Assembly: GCA_040285825.1 (NCBI GenBank)
Contig: JAUPSS010000004.1
Coordinates: 2,708,550 to 2,772,549 of the forward strand
Length of the DNA stretch: 64,000 bases
Direction: 5' to 3'
From: Eukaryota sp. TZLM1-RC
Lineage: Eukaryota > Protista > Metamonada: BaSk clade
Within the stretch, counting starts at the first letter, position 1. Every line of letters begins with the position of its first letter. Positions 27,061 through 39,868 of the stretch are shown here, piece by piece. Under the pieces are notes generated by a model. It worked only from the letters and a program-made list of their open reading frames with translations, was not told the origin of the DNA and did no database searches. A program made the position numbers and the translations under genes.

Positions 27061-27538
27061 TTTTTAAGGATTTTTTTGACCTACAAAACTGAGTATTGTA
27101 TTCTTAAAAAAACTTTATCTTGATGGATCAAATTTTTAAGACCAATAAATAACTGATTTCTACTACTATTGATTACTACTATAATGCAAATGCTGAACAA
27201 CCTTGTTGAATTTTATTGATGTATAACAAACCTCTTTCATTTTATTTACCATTTTTCCAAATCACAATTCAAAAGAATTCTCTTGAATCCAAGTCTAAAA
27301 AAAGTCTGTTGTCGAATTAAGATCATTAGGTATTGGGAATATCAATTTAGTACACTACCTAGTGTTGAAAATTAATAATGCTGTTTGGAAAAAATTGTTC
27401 TGAAATGGAAACGTTGCTCAAGGTCTTATTGGTAAACCAAAGTGAGAAAAAAGCAGCATCATTAGTGCAACATCCAAATAATTAACTATCCAAAATTGAA
27501 TCAAAAACAAAGAATGTTTCATTATGAAATAATATAAA

Positions 27539-29679
27539 CTAATTTACCGCGGCATTACTGCGCTCCTCTTCTTCAAAAACTGAGTGGTAAATCTTAAATA
27601 AATTGCTTATTGTTGGGCCGAAAAACTCATTTCCCAAAAGAATATGACAAGGCTTTACCCCAACAAAATTTCCAACACTCTTCATTAATTCATCAAAAGA
27701 CGAATGTGGAAATCGTTCGTCATTTTCCGAGCGCAATTCTTTATAAACCTCGCTATAAATAGAGGAAATGCCTTCATTAATGCGGTACATCTCTTTAGCA
27801 TCATTCCGGCAACAAATTGAAAAGAGTACGGCAACCGGTGGTGAAGAGGCAAGGCTTTGGATAAACTGAGTGGCAAGTTGTCTCTTACTACGGTGTGAAG
27901 ACTTTGCATCCACACCAATAATCAGTTTTGAGTTGGGTTTTCCATCAATCAAAACAAGGTCCGGACCAGCAGCGTTCTTGTCATTCTTCCATAACTTTCC
28001 TCTACACGACTCCAAGTCATCCCATGTACAATTGTCTCTTGCTTCTATGGGTACTTGAATAGCAAGATTCTTAATTGATCCATTTGACTTTACATGGAGT
28101 TGTTCAAGGGTATGATATGAATTCATTGAAAACGAGTATTTCCTAGACCCCCATTCACAATGATCAGGAGAAGGTGAAGTATGACTTGGTCCAAACAAAT
28201 AAATAAGAGAATTGAATCCTGAAGCAGTGATTATTTCCGGGAGCAGGCTAATTCTGGAAATAAGAAAATGGCCAATGAGATCTTCAAAAGAATCACCCAT
28301 CTCCTTGGCAAATCTGATTCTTACTTGATGCTTGTTCTCATTGGTCAATTGACAATCATACTTCAGCACAAAGAGGTCAACGACACCATTGACCAGGTAT
28401 TGAAGTTTATTCATTAATTCAGGGTCCAGATAACACTCCATATTCCATTGTAAACTAAAGGTTGACAAAATACAATGAAATTGTGTGGAATTGACAGTAT
28501 TTGAATTGGAAATGGGAGGAGGAAGGACAAAAGGACACAACATCAAAAAAATCCACACTAATGTTTCCGCTATTTGTACAAATCTGATCACTATCACAAG
28601 TAGAGATATCAGGAGAAAGCGCAAGAGGAAGACCAGCTACACCAAGAGCCTGAATCAGAGGATAATTACTGCCAATATTAGAAACACTTCTTTCAGGAGA
28701 GACACGCCATTTCTTGTATTTGAGGAAATGTTCAATGGTCCGTACTATCGTTCTTGGATTTCCGGAGCACTGAATGAGACATTTCAAAGCCTCTTTACGA
28801 TCAAAGTTCGGTAGTTCAGCTAGATTGTGTTTAGTAATAAATTGATTTAGATGATAAAGATCAGAAATCGCTTCAAGTCTGTAAGTCACCACTTTGAATT
28901 TCGAACTTTGCAAGCACTGTTGTATATACTGACGGTATATACCAGCAACAAAAGGAACGCCGATTCTACCTATAACAAGATCCTTGAAAAACTGAAACCA
29001 ATCAGATATGATTGACTGCTTCTCTCCGCTCATACCTACATTGCGAGATGGAAGTTCATCAAAAAAGAAAAGAAAAGGCAACTCAATCTCGTCGTTGCCA
29101 TGGTAAGTTCTCCAAAAAGAAAGGGCTTGCTCATCATTCCGGAAATGGGAAAGTGATTGGTTGTTTACTGTTTTCGGTTTAAATCTTGACAAAAGCTCTT
29201 TGAGATTAGGAAAAAAAAGAAGGGAGCTCTGGACGGATATAGTCAATATCTAGATACTGGGAGAAGTACTTGAGGATATATTCATGCGACATCTGAAAAG
29301 AGCCGTCTGGAAGCTCCATGGCAACGAAGCGCCCAGAGAGATAAAGATAGGCAAGTAGATCAGCCATACAAGGCCCGTTACTTGGATGGTTATGACCGAG
29401 GAAAGCCTGCAAATCGTCGAAGACAGAGTTGTCTCCAGTAACCAGAGAATGAAGACAGCAAGTACCAAAAGTAGTTTTACCGGAGCCACGATTTCCGATG
29501 ATAGCATTGATGAAAGGCTTCTCTGTACTACCTTGATGTCCAGAAGCAACAAACTCAGCTAGTTGATCACACAACTTGTGAGTGAAAGAACGCACAGCAC
29601 CATGTCTGTTTATCATAGACGCCTTCTCATAAGCCTTGTATTCAGCTACCTTTATGGGAATTAAGTCACAATTTGACAT
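27539..29679 (-). pseudogene. Crinkler/CR-type effector: P-loop NTPase plus PD-(D/E)xK REase, in three frameshifted ORFs
   Basis: Walker A IIGNRGSGKTT, Walker-B-like LFFFDE, CSGNPR, and C-terminal NAAGPDLVL..GVDAK. Confidence 0.65.
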
Positions 29680-30363
29680 AGGCTAATGACACAGAAATTT
29701 CGAAAGATTGTCAAGTAAGAGTCTTTGGTAAAATTGCTGCCCAAAATGTAGATAATGGTATTGCAAGGAGTAACAATCCAATAGCAAAGAAACTTTGCAC
29801 TCTCCATCAAATGTGGTCACGTTTCACCCTTCTGCATAATCACTCTCACAATTTAATTTGTCCTGCGATCTAATGACTATGGCCATTGTCAAGCCTTTGT
29901 TGAGGTGATATGTCTTCGTGATGGCCATGTCAATGCATATAACACTTGAATCGTGTACGAATCTAAAAACAAACTTCAGCTTGCCGTTATTACGTGTAAC
30001 TCACGCCACGGTAGCAAAACAATGGTTGTTATCTCCTGATTAAATAGATGGTCCCTTAAGTGTGTGGACTATCCTTGTAATTTCAAGTTATATAATACAT
30101 CTACTATACCAGGACGACGCTCACAATTTCGTACATTTGCCGATTAAAGACGTCGATTGACCAGAGAATAGGACTGTCCAGGTTCAGTTCGGAACTGGTT
30201 CTGAACATCTTGAACTGGTTCAGTTCAGTTCAGGTTCAAGAATGATAGGTTCAGGTTTCGAACTAGTTTGAACTGATTCTGAACCAGTTCACCCAATGTC
30301 TCAGCTTGTTTTCTACTACTGTTTATAACTTGTACTCAGTTATTGCAATGACATAAAATAAAA

Positions 30364-30430
30364 TTTTAATTTATTGAATTTGCACACTTGATTAAATTAA
30401 ATCATAACTAATGGGACGACTATCATTAAA
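30364..30430 (-). mobile_element. Family A insertion consisting of the 3' UTR only
   Basis: A ~65-bp copy of the family A 3' end with a probable TAAAATAAA TSD. Confidence 0.7.
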
Positions 30431-30456
30431 ATAAATGAATACAACCAGTAATTACT

Positions 30457-32648
30457 TTTTTTTATTTTTTTTTATAATAATTAATTTATTGAATTTGCAC
30501 ACTTGATTAAATTAAATCATAACTAATGGGACGACTATCATTAAACCAAGATTTCCTCTACAAAATCTTGATTTGCTTGCTGTCTAGCTAAAGCTTCTCT
30601 AATTCGATTGAAAAACCGCGGTAATCTATTAATAATGGCAAATTGAATCCGTGAACGCCATAAAAAAATATCAAATCTTTTCATTGTTTTTTCTTTAACC
30701 ATTTTTTGGAAGTCATCCAAAAAAGTTTCTGCTTCAACTGATAATCTTCCATTTATCGAAAATGGAAAAGCAATAAAAACCAGCTGTGTATTTCTATCGA
30801 TATTTGCATCTTCAATTTCTTTATCATATTTTCTATGTTTTTCTTTTGCTTTAAAATCCAGAGCAGCCACAGGATTAAGTTTTCTTCTGTGAACCAAAGT
30901 ATGGTTTGCAACATTACATGAGACAAAGTCAACAATAGCTTCAGAATTATCAATCCAATCACAGTATACATCACCTCTATCATTAGAACCAAAATTATTC
31001 AGAGAAAGTGTTTCTTTCAGCAGGGGCTCTTTGATACACGATATCCTTGCAGTTTGTGCCATATTGAAAACAGTGTCTCTAACAGCATCATGTAATGAAG
31101 AACGATAAGTTATCAATTTAGAGCAATTTAGAGCATGGCGCAAAGTGAGTTGAGGTGAATTCGAACAAATACATTTTTCTTTTGATAATAATTGGTTAAT
31201 GGGGATGTCCAAATATAATCTCATTTTTGTTACAAATGCTTCATTAGTAGCACACAATCCAAATCTTCGTGGTACAATGGTTACAAAAAGTGAAGAATCT
31301 GACACCTTGTTTTCACAAACACCCTTTTCCAATAACAATGAGTGAAGATCTTGATTTAAAACAGCCGAGCTGCAAATATTATTATAAAGATCTTTTTCAT
31401 ACATTCCAGTCAATCTTTTCTGTAATGTTCGAAGAGTGTACTTCAAATTTAAAACATTTTTTTCTGGAATATTGCCATTGAATGATTGGGGAAAACATCG
31501 ACCCCATTTTTCTACATCAATTCTTGAAATTTCTTCATTTAATGCAAAAACAGTGGAACTTTGCGTTGTCATCAATAAATCTTCCCAATCTGCAAATCTT
31601 TCGGAGAACTCAAAGATTGCATTTCTGCATCCACCAACAAAAGCACACGAGGTAAGAATAGAAGCCTTCGTCCACCCTAAACCACCATATTGTGGACTAA
31701 GGTAAGCATGATCTGGAATTTGAAACATTTTACATCCCAGTAATTGAGACAGAACTTTTGCACGTAACTCATTAAACTTTTGAGCCAAAGGTCTAGTGAC
31801 GAGAGGATTTGTAGATCGAAATATATGATTAAAATTGGAACTAAAACACAGTCTTATAATGGTAAATTTGATGTGTTTTTTATATCTAAATTCATCATTC
31901 GGTCAATTTTGTCAGAAATTGAGTTCAACTTTTCAAACAAATTTTTGGTAATTTCATCATTATTGCCTAAAAACGAACCCAAATGACGAATAGCATCAAT
32001 TGAATATAATTTGGCTTGAATTTCAATATCATCAATTATTGTGGAAACTGGAGAATTCGATAACAAAACACATTTAAGTAAATTAAGTCGGAGACCAATT
32101 TTGGTAAATAATTCTTTAAAACATACCGTTGCTTTTTTCACAATATTTAATTCACCAATAAGCACAACATCATCCATATATGCAATCATTTTTAGTGAAG
32201 GAAACATCTCTTGAATTTGCAGTAGAATAGGATGAATGGCCAAACAAAACAAAAGAGGTCCTTACGGATCTCCTTGCTTTACGCCACTTGATGAAATCAA
32301 AATGTTGTTACCAAAATGTAAATTAGAATATGTGCAATATGTTGATTGAAAATATGGTATTAATTCTGGCATATATTGCAATAGAGCACCATGGATACTG
32401 CGACGACTTAGCGAATTGAAAGCATTACTAAAATCCAATGACATGCAAAAATTGGATTCATTTTGACGAAATAAGACATCAGTAGCAAAAATCGCTGAAG
32501 AGACTCCATCTGTAGTATTTATACCATATTGAAAGGGTAATAAAATCTTTTTAGCTTTTTCATTGAACCTGCTTAAGCAACACGCAGAAAAAATATTATG
32601 TAAGCTCTCAGAGACTGCAATAGGACGAACATCCATTTTTGAATTTTT
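30457..32648 (-). mobile_element. Young 5'-truncated family A retrotransposon inserted in the hAT element
   Basis: YMDD intact; A-rich tail at 30457-30480; TSD GTAATTACT at 30448-56 and 32649-57. Confidence 0.92.
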
Positions 32649-32789
32649 GTAATTACTCAATATATGCTCAATTTTTGTTTATTTTGGTGTTTCAAACTGT
32701 CAAATCAAAGTTTATATTTTGCATTTGACTTCTTTCGTTTCATTTCTATTGAAAAACACACAATATGTTCTCCTTTCACTTAACCCAAC

Positions 32790-32940
32790 TGGTCCAGGGT
32801 TCTGAAATATGTTATCCGTCTTCCAAATGGTCTTGTCCGTTGTGACGTTACTACCTGTGAACGAAATGCCAGCCCCTATGGTAAGAACACCGGAAATGCA
32901 ACCTTAATGCGTCATCTCCGTAGAAATCATAACTCTCTTT
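32790..32940 (+). pseudogene. BED zinc-finger remnant of the hAT transposase
   Basis: My translation: SRVLKYV..VRCDVTTC..TGNATLMRHLRRNH. Confidence 0.7.
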
Positions 32941-33413
32941 GTATTGTTTTCAAAATAAAAAATTCTTTAAAAAAGACTTCTTTTTTTATACCGGTTCGGA
33001 ACTGAATTTGGACAGCCCTACCAGAGAATACCTTTGAAATAAATACTTCTCATCTCATACATGTTTTGGAGCAAACGCAGAATATATTGCAAATTTATTC
33101 ATTATTCAAACAAGTCGTAGCAAACTATTTTTATTAACGAGGTGATAAAACAAGAAGTTAGGCAGGGTATTGTGGCTGTTAAAGCAAACCATGTCACGGT
33201 TTGGTCAGTAAAACAAATAGGTGTGTATAGAACTTTTAGATCATACGAAGACAACTTTGATATGTTACCCATGATTTTATTTTTGATGTGAGAGCAGACA
33301 ACAAGGGTTTGAAAATCCGAAGTGTAAACGTTACTATCTGAGTAATTCTCAATAGCTCAAAGAGTTCATTGAGTTGGAATTGGTGTTTTTGACTCCAAAA
33401 TCCATCTTTCCAA

Positions 33414-34982
33414 ATGTCTTCTCAGCCAGGAGCTGATTCTCTCACAGAACTTACTCGCCGCTATCATCTTCTTGAAGCGGATAGACGTGCATTCTATGAA
33501 ACTTCTCAGTTTACTTTAAACCAAAATAAGGAATCCATAAACACACTCAAAGACCAAGTCAAACATCTCCGTCAGGACTTACTCCAACTCCAGAAAGCTC
33601 GTGGTACCGCTGATTCTGCATCTGCCGCACTTGAACGTGAGATAAAGGAAGCCGAAATTGCAACTCACAAACAACGATCCAAGCGTGACCTCCTCCAACA
33701 CGAGATCCACCGCAAAGAATCTGTACTAGACCAACTCCAAGACCAACTCAACGACCTACAAAACGAAATCAATGGTGCCCTCCCCTCTGCTGATGACCCT
33801 AATCAGCGTAGAATAAGGGACCTCGAAGCCTCTCTGGACAAGGTAACCATCAAGTTCAATGAAGCCCAAGGAATCAAGAACACCTATGAACAGATAGTGA
33901 AGCGTTTAACTGAAGAAAGAATGGGTTATCAAAATGATATTAAGGAATTGGAAACATTAATTAAGCAAAAGGAGGAAGAAATTGCTGAAGTTGAGCTTAT
34001 TTTGTCAGATGCAAAACAAGCCAAAAACCAAGTGCAAAATGAGCTTGAAAAGGCCAAGACTAAGTTTGAAACTCAGCGAGAAGCACGTGAAACTGCCCTT
34101 TTGGAGAAAAGAGATGCTCTTGAAAAAAGAGTTGAATTGTATAATAAACTCAAAGAAAAAGAAGTGCGCACAGAAGGTCAAAAATCCACGCCATCAGCTC
34201 AAAAATCGACGCCATCAGTCAATGAAAGTCAAGCTCAATCATTTGATCACGTTTCCACTAGTGAAGAAGCTTTTGAAAAATTAAAGGAGGTAACTGGAGT
34301 ATCCTCACCAAACGAAATTATAGAAAAATTCAATTCCCAACAAGCTACCCACGACTCGCTAACTAAACTCATTAGTGAGGCAGAACAAAAAATTCAAAAT
34401 TTGGAAGAGGAGAGATCAAGTTTGCAATCAAAATTAGAAGGCTTGAAATTTTCAGGAGCTGGTGGTAACCAAACCTCGCAATTCCAAGTCGAAGAACACG
34501 AACGCAAGCTTGCTGATGCTAAGTCAAAACATGCAGAAGCTTCTGAACGTCATGAAGCCAGTTTCAAACTGCTTGTGGAGGTCAAGGTTGCCCTTGAAAA
34601 TCTCGTTGATAGGTGTGCGTCTGTGAAACTTCCAAATTCAGTAAGTGCACCATTACCAAAGGGAGAATCTCTTAATGATGACAATGTTGTTTCCGCTCTA
34701 AATGATGTTAGTAATAGAGTTGTCAAGATTACCGAAATTTTGGAATCTGAAGGTGTCAGTCGAGAAGAGATCGGAAAGGGGTCATTCTTGTCGATGGTTG
34801 ATCTTTCCTCGTCATCTGTCAAAATTCCCTTGACTGAAGAAGACAATTTCATCAGTGATGATGATAATGATGACGATGTCGTCGATAAAGTTTTGGATAG
34901 GAAGACATTGAAGCAACGTTCTGAAGAACTTGGTAATGATGTCACAGGGACTACATCTGCTTCAAAAGCTGCCAAAGTTTAA
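33414..34982 (+). CDS. CCDC151: Outer dynein arm docking-complex subunit (CCDC151/ODAD3-like)
   Basis: The N-terminal LLEADRRAFYETSQFTLNQNKESI resembles the CCDC151 signature; long coiled coil; LEASLDKVTIKFNEAQGIKNTYEQI. Confidence 0.8.
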   Translation: MSSQPGADSLTELTRRYHLLEADRRAFYETSQFTLNQNKESINTLKDQVKHLRQDLLQLQKARGTADSASAALEREIKEAEIATHKQRSKRDLLQHEIHRKESVLDQLQDQLNDLQNEINGALPSADDPNQRRIRDLEASLDKVTIKFNEAQGIKNTYEQIVKRLTEERMGYQNDIKELETLIKQKEEEIAEVELILSDAKQAKNQVQNELEKAKTKFETQREARETALLEKRDALEKRVELYNKLKEKEVRTEGQKSTPSAQKSTPSVNESQAQSFDHVSTSEEAFEKLKEVTGVSSPNEIIEKFNSQQATHDSLTKLISEAEQKIQNLEEERSSLQSKLEGLKFSGAGGNQTSQFQVEEHERKLADAKSKHAEASERHEASFKLLVEVKVALENLVDRCASVKLPNSVSAPLPKGESLNDDNVVSALNDVSNRVVKITEILESEGVSREEIGKGSFLSMVDLSSSSVKIPLTEEDNFISDDDNDDDVVDKVLDRKTLKQRSEELGNDVTGTTSASKAAKV

Positions 34983-36033
34983 GTGGTTTGGCATTGGCAA
35001 GGTTTTGGTTAGAGTTTGGGTCTGGAATTGTATCACTAAAATGTATTCATAAAGATATTTAATTTTCTTGTATTGGGTTTTTCAATGGTTTTTACGTGTA
35101 ATTGTTTCCCAGAACAGAAGCTTTGGTCGTAGAATAAAGAAAACTTTACATTATGCAACACCAAACGACTGAATCAATACATTTTGCTTGAACCATATGA
35201 CCATTTCCTTACGAAAAAATTGTAAGTCCTATTGAGTGGGTTTTTGGCTAATATAGTGCTTAAATTGCTGTGCTCAACAATTTAAATTAGGGATCAGTTG
35301 ATTGGAGTGAATATTAATTTCTTGATTAATTTCCAAACACCTAAAATTTACTGATAAAATTCCTATTTTTATCAATTACTGTTTAAAAAGTGCAACTTAA
35401 TATGAGATGAACAGAACATTTGAACAATGACAAGCTATCAATTTAGAAGCTATCAATTTGGAACAAGTAAGAAGATGGCGTAAGGTAAGAAGAAATACAG
35501 GATCCCTTTAATGATAGTCAAACAATTGGAATATTCAGTTATGCTCTCATTCATGTTAAATCAGATGAATTAATCTTTTATATCCCTTTTTCCAATAACA
35601 ATGAAAACCACCGCATGTATAAGTGCTTGTAGTATATAATGTCATAAAGCTTCAAAGATTCTGCTTAACCGTTCTTTAAATGAGATACCCAGCCTTGACG
35701 TGGCCTGCCAGGTGGCATTTCTAAATGAGCATCATTTGTTTGTCAGCACCAATCCTACTTCAGTACCAGATGATTGAACTACAAAAAGACCCCAAAAGAG
35801 TCACAACAATGGCCGATACTTAATCTATTCTTGAAACTGCTCCATTACCATTAATTGAAGAAGTTGTCATAGAAGTGATACTGTTGTAATTGATGCAAAT
35901 GCTCCAATGTTATACTTTTTTGCAATTCATTATTAAAAGTAAAATTGAGAACCATGCCATACATACCAATAGATAATATTATATTAAAACTGTTGGGATA
36001 TTTTATTGTGAATTTCACTTATCATGCATTCCC

Positions 36034-36278
36034 CTGTGAAATTTACTCCTGTTTTCAACTTTCTCAATGTCTACTCACAGGCTGTAAGAGACATGTAACA
36101 TCATTTGACAAAGACAATCAGGATCTTCATCAATGGGCTACCTCACTTAAATACACCTACTGCTTTCACAGAACAAAGCCTCGCGACTTGATGTATCTAA
36201 CTGGATCTACCAAATGCTACTAAGGCATTTGTAGATCGGTCTCAAAAGATTTTGTTTCTGTATGCTCAGGTTCCCCAT
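36034..36278 (-). ncRNA. Putative Fanzor omegaRNA scaffold / right end of copy F2
   Basis: Lies immediately 3' of the Fanzor stop. Nested helices, two GNRA tetraloops (GCGA, GAAA), terminal TTTCACAG complementary to an internal CTGTGAAA. Confidence 0.75.
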
Positions 36279-36690
36279 TTATCTTCTCAACAGAGCATCT
36301 GGGCAAATGTATCTTTCCGGCCACAATTGTGCTTTCTTCTTAATTTGAATAATTTTTGGAGCGGAAATATCTCTGTCATATACTATTTGACACTCAGTAC
36401 AAAGACACATCTACCATGATCCTGCTTGAATATTCCCGGCCATGCAGCAACTTGACAGTTTGCTTGTATTAAATTCACTGGTTGGCAAGTGCTTCACGTC
36501 CTTTTGTTAACACAACCATTTTCCGAAAGGCCTTGCTGATCCCTATCGATTGATTTTTCGGCAATGAGAAGGGAAATTAACAGAACCCACAGCAAGATAG
36601 AGTTTATCAGGATGTCCAGTCAGCCTTTGAAATTTGTTGAGACATTCTCTGAACCGTCTCTCTTTTCGTCTACGGCTATCAAATTTAATT
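36279..36690 (-). pseudogene. Fanzor copy F2, C-terminal part
   Basis: My translation: KFDSRRRKERR..LYLAVGS..SEFNTSKLSSCC..CTECQIVYDRDISA..CPDALLRR, with three in-frame stops. Confidence 0.85.
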
Positions 36691-36774
36691 GCCTTTGAAA
36701 TCATTGATGAAATAGACTTGAAAATGCAAAAAACAATTCTATTAAACCAGAAAGTGGAATTCATTGTTTTACCA

Positions 36775-39700
36775 TTGTTTTAGATAAACTGAAAATACTT
36801 CATCCTTATGAAGACCCTATAATGGATCAAAATTTTTACGGCACATACTGGGAAAATTATCCATTGATGCCATCAGAAGTTTTTTCGGTTATCAAAAAGA
36901 GACCTCGTGGTTAGTCTGCCGGACTTTCTGGTATTACTATTGATCATGTAAAAGCCGCGATTATTTCTTCAGAAGATTGCCTTGGTTTATTGACCAAATT
37001 TTCCACCAAATATTATCTGGTCAACGCAAATACCCAGAAGAATTAAGAAGTTCTCGTTTGACTGCACTTGTCAAAAATTCAAAAATGGATGTTCGTCCTA
37101 CTGCAGTCTCTGAGAGCTTACACAATATTTTTTCTGCGTGTTGCTTGAGCAGGTTCAATGAAAAAGCTAAAAAGATTTTATTACCCTTTCAGTTTATTTT
37201 TATTCAACAACAAATATGAAATACACAATTAAAACTCCACATCCTCAAAACCTGCCTCCCCTACATCAAAACAATTAATCGCTAAAGATTCAGAAAATTT
37301 CCCAAAAGAAGATAGTGAATCAGAAATTAGTGTTACCATTCCCTTAAAAATAGAAAATACAATCCTGTTTTGCCAGTAAACACGATTGAAAATTCTTCCA
37401 GTTCTTTCCTTTACAACTACAACAAAATCCCCAAGGAAAGCCATAGCAGCCTTACCTAGAGATCCAAGCAAAGAAAAAACAAATGGACATAAATTATATT
37501 GGGCATGAGAATTTTCATTAACCGAGGAAATGGGTTTCGCATATTTAGCAATTTTATATTTTTCGCCTGCAAGAAGAGGATTATTTACATCCGAGTTAAT
37601 GAAATGTTCGTTAGAGGAATTACAAGGGTCAATAGACATGGCGTCCAAAATAGTAAAACTACCATTTAAACCAGGAACAACTAGATCCCCTCTAGTCAGA
37701 CCCATAGAAGCTCTGTTGTAACGCGTACTATCAATATTGGGATCATCAAGAATTAATTTTGATAACAGCGGTTCTAAAAAGGAATCTACACGATATGATA
37801 TGCACATTACATACCCTTTCAGTATGGTATAAATACTACAGATGGAGTCTCTTCAGCGATTTTTGCTACTGATGTCTTATTTCGTCAAAATGAATCCAAT
37901 GTTTGCATGTCATTGGATTTTAGCAATGCTTTCAATTCACTAAGTCGTCGCAGTATCCACGGTGCTCTATTGCAATATATGCCGGAATTATTACCATATT
38001 TTCAATCAACATATTGCACATATTCTAATTTACATTTTGGTAACAAAATTTTGAGTTCATCATGTGGCGTTAAGCGAGGAGATCCGTTAGGACCTCTTTT
38101 GTTTTGTTTGGCCATTCATCCTATTCTACTGCAAATTCAAGAGATGTTTCCTTCACTAAAAATGATTGCATATATGGATGATGTTGTGCTTATTGGTGAT
38201 TTAAATATTGTGAAAAAAGCAACTGTATGTTTTAAAGAATTATTTACCAAAATTGGTCTCCGACTTAATTTACTTAAATGTGTTTTGTTATCGAATTCTC
38301 CAGTTTCCACAATAATTGATGATATTGAAATTCAAGCCAAATTATATTCAATTGATGCTATTCGTCATTTGGGTTCGTTTTTAGGAAATAATGATGAAAT
38401 TACCAAAAAATTGTTTGAAAAGTTGAACTCAATTTCTGACAAAATTGACCGAATGATGAATTTAGTTATAAAACAACACATCAAATTTACCATTATAAGA
38501 CTGTGTTTTAATTCCAATTTTAATTATATATTTCGATCTACAAATCCTCTCGTCACTAGACCTTTGGCTCAAAAGTTTAATGAGTTACGTGCAAAAGTTC
38601 TGTCTCAATTACTGGGATGTAAAATCTTTCAAATTCCAGATCATGCTTACCTTAGTCCACATTATGGCGGTTTAGGGTGGACTAAGGCTTCTATTCTTAC
38701 CTCGTGTGCTTTTGTTGGTGGATGCAGAAATGCAATCTTTGAGTTTTCCGAAAGATTTGCAGATTGGGAAGATTTATTGATGACAACGCAAAGTTCCACT
38801 GTTTTTGCATTAAATGAAGAAATTTCAAGAATTGATGTAGAACAATGGGGTCGATGTTTTCCCCAATCATTCAATGGCAATATTCCAGGAAAAAAATTTT
38901 CAAATTTGAAGTACACTCTTCGAACATTACAGAAACGATTGACTGGAATGTATGAAAAAGATCTTTTTAATAATATATGCAGGTCGGCTGTTTTAAATCA
39001 AGATCTTCACTCATTGTTATTGGAAAAGGGTGTTTGTGAAAACAAGTCGTCAGATTCTTCACTTTTTGTAACCATTGTACCACGAAGATTTGGATTGTGT
39101 GCCACTAATGATGCATTTGTAACAAAAATGAGATTATATTTGAACATCCCCATTAACCAATTATTATCAAAAGAAAAATGTATTTGTTCGAATTCACCTC
39201 AACTCACTTTGCGTCATGCTCTGAATTGCTCTAAATTGATAACTTGTCGTTCTTCATTACATAATGCTGTTAGAGACACTGTTTTCAATATGGCACAAAC
39301 TGCAAGGATATCGTGTATCAAAGAGCCCCTGCTGAAGGAAACATTTCTCTGAATAATTTTGGTTCTGATGATAGAGGTGATATATACTGTGTTTTGATTG
39401 ATAATTCTGAAGCTATTGTTGACGTTGTCTCATGTAATGTTTCAAATGATACTTTGGTTGACAGAAGATAACTTAATTCTGTGGCTGCTCTGGATTTTAA
39501 AGCAAAAGAGAAACATAGAAAATATGATAAAGATATTGAAGAGGCTAATGTCGATAGAAAAACACAGCTGGTTTTTATTGCTTTCCCATTTTCGATAAAT
39601 GGAAGATTATCAGATGAAGTAGAAACTTTTTTGGATGACTTCCAAAAAATGGTGAAAGAAAATACAATGAAAAGATTTGATATTTGTTATGGCGTTCACG

Positions 39701-39868
39701 GATTCAATTTGCCATTATTAATAGATTACCGCGGTTTTTCAATCGAATTAGAGAAGCTTTAGCTAGACAGCAAGCAAATCAAGATTTTGTAGAGGAAATA
39801 TTGGTTTAATGATAGTCGTCCCATTAGTTATGATTTAATTTAATCAAGTGTGCAAATTCAATAAATAC
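36775..39868 (+). mobile_element. Family A retrotransposon, 5'-truncated
   Basis: 481-aa RT ORF with AYMDD; TSD TTGTTTTACCA at 36764-74 and 39869-79. Confidence 0.93.
37194..37811 (-). mobile_element. Family C retrotransposon 3' fragment inserted antisense in family A
   Basis: RGDLVVPGLNG..LDAMSID..KYKIAKY..WQNRIVF; TSD TACCCTTTCAGT at 37182-93 and 37812-23. Confidence 0.92.

Larger units (their letters stand above)
30169..33020 (+). mobile_element. Non-autonomous hAT DNA transposon
   Basis: Imperfect ~30-bp TIRs (TAGGACTGTCCAGGTTCAGTTC.. / ..GAACTGAATTTGGACAGCCCTA); 8-bp TSD CCAGAGAA at 30161-68 and 33021-28; subterminal GGTTCAG/GAACTGG repeats; BED finger remnant. Confidence 0.9.

Noticed and set aside
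30180-30295. CRISPR-like short repeats
   Set aside because: Irregular spacing and mixed orientation; explained as hAT subterminal repeats.
23886-34982. Genome-wide UAR=Gln reassignment suggested by the UUA tRNA
   Set aside because: Long Gln-containing host ORFs have no internal TAA/TAG and terminate at TAA at plausible C-termini.
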